A stretch of 64,000 nucleotides of DNA from Tubiluchus corallicola (taxonomy: Eukaryota; Animalia; Priapulida): assembly GCA_030141605.1 (NCBI GenBank), contig JAQGDQ010000813.1, forward strand, positions 1 through 64,000. Direction: 5' to 3'. A program made the position numbers and the translations under genes. Positions 1 through 64,000 of this stretch are shown in pieces; the stretch's first letter is position 1, and the number at the start of each line of letters is the position of its first letter. The notes under the pieces are model-generated. The model saw only the letters and a list, made by a program, of their open reading frames with translations. It ran no database searches and had not been told where the DNA came from.

Positions 1-1589
1 TACTCAAAATTTGTAAAAGAAATAGAAAGAACTAAGTAAACTACAGTTAAATTAAGAATGAACAAACTAATTTTTGTGAACCCAATAATTTTTTATGGAT
101 ACAGTAAATGTTGATAAAATTCAAACTGTTTTTAATACCGTCACGAGAAAGTCTTGAAGGTACAACTGTTGTCATCGGCTCCACGGGTTGACAGTGGAAC
201 TCGCATTCCTCCTGAGAATGAAATCGATTTCCGTTGCCGTGACAACCACCGTACGTGAACGGGCGACACTCCCCAGTGCTACTCTCATAAAACCACATTT
301 CTACATCAGCTCGGCAAGGTCCCATATCCATCGGCATGTCGCAAACATCTGTAAATCATAAGTACATGTCCACATTGCACAGAAGGCATGAGGTATGACT
401 TGTAATTACCTATTTTAATTTATTAACCTGACATATTATTAATTCATACTCTGTAATGCAAAAGGATGCTAATCTCAGCTGGCCTAACTGTACAAGCAGA
501 ACACATGACATTGAAGATCCTAGATAAAAAAACTAACTTTAGCACCAACGTATGTTTCAAAACTGGCACAGAATAAGACAAATTCGTGTAGGAGCATTCA
601 AACACACAACTTATACATAATTGCTACAACACTTCAACAAAAATATGGCAGCAGCAAAGAAGCTGTGGTTGAAAATTACACACTTTGCAGCCCGAGTTCA
701 AATCCCATGCTTATCTGGTATTAATCATAAAATTGTAATGCCATGTTTGTTGTAAGAGAACTCTCCAGCATTAAAATTAATGATTCTGTACATTAAAGCT
801 ATGTAAAATAATGTTTATGCCCATTTTTATGCTTATGTTTACCCACCTTGGTCTTTGTAAATGCCGCACATCCTCTCACATCCTTCTCTATATGGGAATC
901 TGTTTTCATTTCCTTCGCAGCCACCGTACACAAAAGTAGTGCACTCATTTATCTGCGTGTCAAAGTACCAGCTAGGTTCGTGGCCTCGGCATGGACCTGG
1001 ATCCATCGGCAGTGAACACAGTTCTAGAAATAAAATAATAAAATAAGATAATGAGGAAATCAAGCACTTCAGTAGTCACAAATGGAACCACCAATACAAG
1101 AACGTATCTGTAATTTGCATTAGTGTCAATGGGACTAATCTAAAAAGTAAACTGTCTCGCATCTCAAAAAAAATTGCAAAATTGTTGAAAAATAACTTGA
1201 AAAAATTAATAATTACTACCAATGTGTGTCCTTACAGTTTTAAGATTGTATAGATTACAAAATATTTGAACATGCAAAAATCAATAATCTGCAAGCAAAA
1301 TTTATCTTTAGTCTTTGTATGGTCTGATTTTGACTAGTTAAGGTGATTGTATCACAAAAATCATCCTAAGGAAGACCAATGGCCACTCAAATCCTGCTGC
1401 TTAAATCCCGATGTCCTGCTTAAATCGGGCGAGAGTTTAGTTTTCGGGGAAGTAATTTCCTGGTGGAGAATTCCCCAGATAAGAAGTCTGAGGAAAAGTT
1501 GGACTGAGAGGTGCCGAGATGATCTTCTACAGAAACAATAACTGCTATAAAACTGTTTGTACTTTAGTATCTCATGCTTTGCTCATCCT

Positions 1590-1821
<232 letters not shown>

Positions 1822-3716
1822 AATTTAAAACCTGAAAAAAGAGAGATAATATAAATCCATTAACAAATAGCCGATTTTTTTACACTTATTGCTTAAAATT
1901 CACAAATCTTGGTAAAAATAAATATAAAAAAAAAGAAAAGTTAAAAAAAGAAAATATGCCAATTTATAAATTTCAACCTTCTTCAACAATTACACCACAA
2001 TAGTCTTCGCACTGCTGCTTAGTCTGGAAGTTATTATGGTTGCCAAGACAACCACCGTACGTGAACTCCAAGCATCGCCCGGTCTCGGCATCGTGGTACC
2101 AGCGACGTAAGTCACCCTGACATGGTCCTGCATCCATAACCAATTCGCAGACGTCAACATCTACAAGCAGAAAATATTGAGTATTGCATAAACTTTATAA
2201 AATGTGGAATACGTGCGCATGTTACATAACTCTCTTTTCTATTTCACAACCCTGACTGTAAGTAAGGGTGAAACTAGTTATCTACTCTATGACTAGGATG
2301 TCTCTCAGCTTGTCAGGCTTATTATTTTGAGATAAAATGCTTTAAACTAACTCTGTGCTCATTTTATTATTATTTTTTTTTTATATTAAATATAATAAGC
2401 AGTAAAAAAATATGAATATCTTGTCACTTGGACTGCAATCACATATGTCTATTGGAATGATTAAAGCTCATTCAGCAATCAGCTTATATACAAGTAGTTT
2501 GCTTAATACAATAGCGACCTTAGTCAGAATTCCAGAGAGTACAGAATACAGACACTGGTGACTAATTAAAAGATGAACTTACAAGGAGCTCGAGTTGAGG
2601 TTGTCGAAGGAGCGATACCAACACACATCTGCATGCACTCATCTCTTGTTCCAAACCTGTAAAAAACATAAGCAGTATCACATTATTACTGGAAAAAGTC
2701 ATAGCTAAAAATGCTGATAATGAGAAACATGTCCAGGCCCTGCCAATATCCAGATCGTAAGTTCAACCAGTAAAGATAAAAATATGATGCATTTTGGCTT
2801 CTTGAAGCATAACCTGATTTATTCAATTTCACATTCTATGATTCTAACTGTCAGAGAGAAGTGACATTAATTTCAACCTAAAATGGCTAGAAATTTCATG
2901 ATGATAGGATAAATTGTAAAATTTTTTTACTTCCCGTGCAGTACAAATACACATCGCTAGCTGTATTTAGAGAGTCAGAGGTTATAAAACTTTAAATATA
3001 TAAGATCTGTCATGCCCCCCCCCCAAAGACCATTTTTTTAAAACAGCATCAGGAATGCTGCAGTCACAACTTGGTGTTGTGCCAAGAACGAAGCTTGGCA
3101 GACCATTGCAAAGATTACAGGCATTATATCTTGATTCATCAGTTTCCAGTTTGCTGACCTAAACAGTTTTAGCCACAGCTACATAGAAACACAGCATGTC
3201 TGTGACATTTATCTCTTCATCCTGCTAAATTAACCAAAAAACAAATAAGCAAGGTACCTGTTAGCATTTCCGTCACAGCCGCCATAGTTAAACAGTAAGC
3301 ATTCGCCCTCAGTCATGTTGTAATAATACGAAGGGAAACGACCACGACACGGTCCTGCCACCTGCGGCAAGGTGCAAATTTCTGAAAGAAAAACACAAAG
3401 CTCACCTATTTCACCCTAATTACAAAGTTGAGTTGTGTATTTTCCAAAATGATCTTAGTGTAAACACGTATAACAGAAGCAGTATTTTCAATAACCAACG
3501 AATACAACTTAGAGAAGTGAAAAAGACATGGCACAAAGCAGTTAAAAGTGTAAGGCAGGCAGGTTAATAATTTCAATTAGAAATTAACCACTCCGCTGTT
3601 AGGCTATTTCGATGTTTCTTTTTTATCTAAACAAATCCGTACCAAAAATTGTACAGAAAACTCAGATCGCCAGGACCCAATAGAAAGCAGGATGCACAAC
3701 TTGAAGAAGTCAAGAC

Positions 3717-4466
3717 CAGTGGCAGCTCGTAGCTAAAGTTAGTGGAGATGTTGCTTCAGAAAATTTTTAGCCATTGTTTAAATATTGTGTAAAATGAAGC
3801 AAACATATAAAAAGAAAATTTATACATAAATTTGATAAAATCCTAAATAAAAAATATTTTTTACATACTAATAGCCTAAATTGTTACAGTTCAAGTTGAA
3901 TTAATATAATTAATTAATTTATTAAGTTAATTTAAATTTAAATTGGATATATTTAATAAAATTTAATAAATAAATTGATCCATTCATTTAAAAACAAAAT
4001 CCATTCTTCTTGTTTTACTTTGCACAAAAAGATTAATAATTATACATAAACTTAATAAATTATAAATAAAAAAAAATATTTTTTACTTACCAATAGCCTA
4101 AATTGTTACAGTTCAAGTTAAATTAATCTAATTAAGTTAATTTAAATTTAAATTGATCCATTCATTTAAAAATAATATTCCTTCTTCTTGTTTTAAATTG
4201 TACAAAAAGATTAATAATTTTCTCCTTGATCAACACTGAGTGAGCAACAGGGCTCTCTCTCTCTACCTAGCATACAACATATTATCGCATGAGCACAACA
4301 GCCATCTCACCATCACATACTATGGTTCCATACAAAGATTTACACGTACGTACAAGTATAAAGAAAGAATAAAAGAAAAAACTCATTATATTGAATATTA
4401 GCGATAACATCGAGTGAAAATAGGAGGTGCTGCAGTTCCACAGTGCCTATACACGAGCTGCCACTG
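3717..4466. mobile_element. hAT-like MITE (left-arm copy)
   Basis: TIR CAGTGGCAGCTCGT...ACGAGCTGCCACTG; 8-bp TSD gtcaagac/gtcaaggc; internal AT-rich direct duplication. Confidence 0.8.
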
Positions 4467-6169
4467 GTCAAGGCAAATATTATGACAAAAAAATGCATTA
4501 AAGGTTCAAAACTTCAAATGTAAACTGCAGTTAACACAATCATAAATCATAAACTCACACATACCATGAGCTGGTGGTGCAACTGACTCGGTAGCCGCTT
4601 GAGTGTAACCCAAACATTCTGCTTCGCAAAGTTCCTTGCTGTTGAATCTGTTGCCGTTACCGCCGCAGCCGCCGTAGAAAAACTTGTCACACCTCATACT
4701 TGACGGGTCGTAATACCAGTTCATTTCTCGACTGTGACAAGGGCCAGAATCCTTGGGTAAAAAGCAAACGTCTGTTGGCTCTGAAATTTGAAGATGTTCC
4801 ACAAGTTCAACTTTTGTAAAGAAAATGTATAGCAAACAGAATACAGAGGAATACAAACTAAATTCAAATCATTGCTTAGCATGATGTTTTTATATAAACA
4901 TGAAAATTTTAGAAAAAAATAAAGCGTAAGGTCACAAACGGACTGGAAAATGTTGTTTTTGAAGTTCGAAAACAATGCGGCACAGACCCATACCCACGAA
5001 AATATCAGGACAGCATAACAAGCTAAACTGATATTTATATAAACAGTGCAGTACAGCATGACACACTACAAAAATATCGCATAAAGTTTTTACTATAAGG
5101 TGACCAAATAGTTATTAACTGTGAGATGATAATATCTCAGAATCTACATATTTAAGTTCACAAGTTTCTCAAAGCAACTACAGACTACCAAGTCTCTTAA
5201 AATAATTAGATAAATGCAATTACCAAGTGTAGAAACGCCACTGCAGACACGCTGACAATCTTCCTGAGATTCAAAACGATTGGCATTTCCTTGACAACCG
5301 CCGTAATAGAAAGGTTTGCACTGTCCATCATAAGCATCAAATGACCACCGTAACAGGCGATTAGAGCACGGACCTTCTACTCTTGGCATTGAACAAACAT
5401 CTAGTAAAAGGAACGAGTACAAACAAACTATTCATTAGGACACAGTCACATTAGAGCACATGAGACATTTAACAAAACTTACAATGCTTCCTAAAGCAGG
5501 TATAAGTATGGTAAAATTTTATTACATTACGCTCATTCTACCAAGAACATGCACTGTTTAGCCTACCAAATAATTTAGGCAATGAAAACATATCGCAAAA
5601 GCTCAGACTCCATTCAAGTGCTGCATTACATTATAATGTAAACGTTAATGTAATATATACATTATCATGTATACATTTCCACAGCAATCACCTCAACATA
5701 ATCATGTATACATTTCCACAGCAATCACCTCAACCGACAATAGGTTGAGGGTCAAATTAATCCTACGTTAATGTAATATATAATGCAATGTAATGTATAC
5801 ATTACATAATAATACATTTCGACAGCATGTCACCTCAACCGACAATAGGTTGAGGGTCAAATTAACCCTCAATGACTATAACAACTATGGATGACTGCAT
5901 GTTATAAATTTTTCATGTAAAGAGTGTTGCATTTCGACAGTTTTCAATGTAACGAAAGTACTTACCTCTAATCACACGCGTGGCATTGCACTGTTCCTCA
6001 CAATTTTCCTTGCTGAGGAATCTATTCAAGTTGCCGTTGCAACCTGTGTAGATGAAGCTTTCACACAATCCAGTCTTTGTGTCATAATGCCAGCGAGGGA
6101 AGTGGCCGCGACACGATCCTTCCTCTTTTGGCATGACGCACGAATCTGAAGAACCAAACGCATTCTTAG

Positions 6170-6344
6170 TAACGATGAGCAATCAATAGATTAATCAAAT
6201 TAATCGCGATTACAATAATGTATAAATCGATATAGTCAGCAATTGAACAGTAACTCAAAATCGCTGCAAAAGATTAATCATGGTATCGAATTACAAGAAC
6301 AAAATTATAATCGAATTACAAAATTTCAAAATCGCACATCACTA
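6170..6344. mobile_element. Short degenerate hAT-like MITE (left-arm copy)
   Basis: Imperfect TIR taacgatgagcaat / atcgcacatcacta; 8-bp TSD attcttag/cttcttag. Confidence 0.55.
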
Positions 6345-8472
6345 CTTCTTAGTACAGATTACTAGTTGTCAAATATGACAAAATTTAGTCAAATGCAGCT
6401 CAGGAAATGTATAGAGACTGCTGTGAATGCTTTAAAAAACATTCGTTGCAACAAGAAAACCTAGTAATCGTTTATTGTGGAACGTTCATTACTGACATTG
6501 GTATTTGGAAAAATAAACAAATACTTCAAAATTCAATAACTATAAATGCAGTCATTATGGTTGTCCATTGAATGTTTCCAATTTGATGCAATGTTCGTAT
6601 CCAATGTTTGATTTTCAATAATTTCTATAAGTGTTAAACTTCGACACAATTAACTTCAGTTAATGCTTCATAAATTAGGTGCATAAATCTGATTGAGTTG
6701 GTCACTTTTTATAAGTGTTTTAAAAATCTTGAAATGTTTGGCCTTTTGCCAAACTTTTTTAATGAAGCATTACCAAAGATTGGGCTTGCAGCGACCAACA
6801 TGAGAGAAATGATTTCCTCGAAGTTCCAATTTGATTTATTCAAATTCAAACTACTAAAATTCGACTCGGTTCGAAATTGAAAGCGTTACATTTGATTTGC
6901 TTTTTTCGCAGTACTCACCTTTCTCAATCATGTCCACACACTGTCTGACACACTGATCCTCTGTCAAGAAGTTATTCAAGTTACCCTTGCAGCCGCTGTA
7001 TGTAAATGGCCTACAACGATGCTCGTAGCTGTCATAATAGAATCGTTCGAAACGACCGGTGCAGGGACCTCTCACCCTCGGCTGCATGCACACTTCTAAA
7101 CAATGAAAGAAAATTGATCACAAAAGTGGACAAGCAGTGACAAAAGTATGTAAACAAAATACGTATAGGTGAAGTAAACAACGGTATAGAAAATTATATA
7201 GCTAGAGGTCAATGAGTACTAACAGACGTAGAAGCTTGCACCTGGTGGCTGCACACATTTTCTTGGTGCTCTGAAATATTTATTTATTACTTTAAGAATA
7301 ATATTATTTAATTATGACTGATTTCTAGTGATTTTTATATACATGTATTATGATTTTAGTTTTATCTATAATAACTTTCTTATGTACTGTTTATGTGTTA
7401 ATATTTTATGTATGTAAAATGCATTTGTCCATTTTTAATGTTTAATGCATTTTAAATATGCAATAAATTATTATTAAATTAGTAGGTTTTTCAATAGATT
7501 AAAAATGCTGGCCCTTTGCATTGCATTCCTATTATTTTACAGCCAGTAAGTTTGAAATGAAAAGAAGCCAACCTTCATCGACTGGCATTAATTAATGAAA
7601 GCTGATGTTTGAACTCTTTTTTAATAAGCAACTATGAGAAAATCGAGAAAATACACAGAAAACACTAAGCTTTAAATAAGGAAAAAAGTTAATCATCAAA
7701 GAATGGTTTCATGACGTCAAACATATATAAGAGAGGAATATTATTGTATTCTTTCTGATTTCTGTCCTAACTTTCATTATATGTCTCCCAATGAGCAGTT
7801 AGTGTTTTTAAATGCATGACAAGATATAGAAGTTATTAAAATTAATGCTAGATTGGTCCACGAAATATATGAAGATAGGCCTGACTGAAATAACTCAGTG
7901 CAAGCCTGCCTGACTGACTGACTAACTGTAATACACATGCAATATTAAGTGTATAATATATGTATGTATGTTGCTCTGTTATATGCGTTTTTTGTGCTTG
8001 AACCAATACACCACTTATATGTAGTTTCTTTGTTCAGATGTATAATGTTTCTTAAGTCGTTTTTCTTTGTCTTTTGTAATTTCTTTCCTTAATGGTTCAA
8101 TAAATATAAATAAATAAATATTTGATCACAATGAAATTTTCTCAGAAACTCGTCAACTTACCGAGTGTTTTGGGTTTGAGACAAGTTTCCTCGCATGTCT
8201 CTAAAGATGGAAACCTGTTTGCATTGCCGCCGCAGCCGCCGTAGGTGAACTGCCGGCAACCTTCGGCTTCGTGATCATAATAATACGTTGTGATTTTTTC
8301 ATCACATGGTCCAACCACAGGAGGTAAAAAGCAAATATCTGAAAAATGTTTCCAGGTGAATAAACAAAAATTATCACTAACCAATAACTAAGTGAAAGTA
8401 CAGAACAGTAACGGTTACATTGTTTCGTCACAAGTAGTGTAAAACATGAAGAAAGTGAACTGCCACAATGTT

Positions 8473-8600
8473 ATGACAGAGTGGTATAGTGGTAGTGTGC
8501 TCCTTTCCCACCCGGGAGGATTAATTCCCGATCAAGTCATACCAAAGACTCAAAAAATGGTACGATTGGTTATCGATCAAGCACGCAGGTAAATCCAAGT
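8473..8600 (+). mobile_element. Degenerate tRNA-derived SINE-like element (mirror at about 11160..11288, - strand)
   Basis: A-box-like tggtatagtggta, decayed B-box region, then gtcataccaaagactcaaaaaatggta resembling invertebrate SINE bodies; family not assigned. Confidence 0.5.
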
Positions 8601-8687
8601 AAAATGCAGATAATAATAATTGGGACCACTTTAGAAATAGGTATTAAGGTATTTTAGATGCTATTCCTGGACTAATTCCTAAATGAA

Positions 8688-8862
<175 letters not shown>

Positions 8863-9844
8863 TCATATAATTGAAAAGTAGTAATTTGTTCCCATTGAAT
8901 ACGGTACATACAGCAAAATAAACAATTACAACGAGACAACGTGCACTTACCCGATTCTTCAGGCATGACGCACATGTTCTCACATTCCTCTTTCGTCTCA
9001 AATCGGTTATCGTTACCCCCGCAGCCACCGTACCAGAAGCGCTCGCAGGCACCGACGCCCATGTCGTAGTACCATCTGATTGTGAAGTTTTGCAGGGGCC
9101 ATCATCCTTTGCCAAATTACACAGCATATCTGAAAAAAGTGTGAGCATTAAAGCCTTCACGTTAAAATGTCAACAAAGAAATACCTCACAGAAATTATCG
9201 TAACTACCACACCAAAGTGTAAGTTTCCAAGTGAAAATTTTTATGGGCTAAAAAGTATCGAAGGTAGTAATTAGTTTTCTGAAACCGTGAAATATTCGAA
9301 GAGTAACACGTCTTAGACATAGTCGCTCAGCAAAAGCAATGCAGTGCTACCAACGTACTTATTTAAAAGATTCTGCTTTTACTTCCAGTACTACGTAGAA
9401 CCATTCTCATGTCATTGTATTTGGTAACATAGCTTTTCGAAGTTAATTCACTTTGTTGCTGTCTTTTTAGTTTTTTAGCAAAAAATAGTAATAAATGTTT
9501 GAATAACTAATTGATAGTATGTGTTCGATATTTAAAGCAGACATTTACAATACCGTACAGACACTTTTAGTCACTGTCACTAAGCAAATTGCGGTAAACA
9601 ATAATTGTTAGCTGGTTGGAAATTTGGGTAATGTTCAGAATTAAGAAGGATTACATAAACAGCAGAAAAGCTTCGAAAAATATGTAAATTCAAAAGTGCA
9701 TAGTAAATCAATGTCTGTTTTTGGGTAGATGATGTTAACGATGTTAAATAGTAATCTTTGCTGACAAAGAAGTTACGATAATTTCTGTGAGGTATTTCTT
9801 GTTGACATTTTAACGTGAAGGCTTTAATGCTCACACTTTTTCAG

Positions 9845-63825
<53,981 letters not shown>

Positions 63826-64000
63826 CATATCGCAACCTGTGTAACTAATTGTAGCGTACCTGATTTTTAGCATCTGTTATTTTTTATCAGTCGTCAGAAG
63901 CTCTCTTTTTTGTCGTTAGCAAGTATTTATTTTTCCTGCCAGTGGTGTATTAAGTTCTGCATCGTTTTTGCTTTAAATTGTTCACTTGTACTAATCATGT

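Overview
AT-rich, intron-rich eukaryotic DNA, most likely an invertebrate animal (taxon not determinable from sequence alone). The window is dominated by a 5'-incomplete papilin-like gene on the + strand (9845..63825). I could assemble 64 GT-AG exons into one open frame of about 2,800 codons: 32 Kunitz/BPTI domains, 20 short linker exons (mostly Thr/Glu/Pro-rich), an antistasin-like and Cys-rich region, one papilin/lagrin-type repeat, 3 Ig domains and a terminal PLAC domain with the stop codon. Bases 1..9205 are an inverted copy of 9771..19700, forming a head-to-head palindrome with a 565-bp spacer that carries Kunitz exons 1-10 on the - strand; it is either a real duplication or a haplotype misjoin. 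The most interesting signal is a splice-site code in the expanded K13-K31 array. Every exon there is frame-symmetric (phase 1-1). Sixteen of 19 Kunitz exons use rare AAG acceptors and none of those has a GTAAGT donor, while the three with YAG acceptors all have GTAAGT donors. Introns after many weak exons look rich in YGCY motifs. This suggests a regulated, combinatorial cassette-exon system, which is inference and needs RNA data. Introns also contain hAT-like and Tc1/mariner-like MITEs, SINE-like and RTE-like LINE relics, and mini/microsatellites. All coordinates were read by hand.
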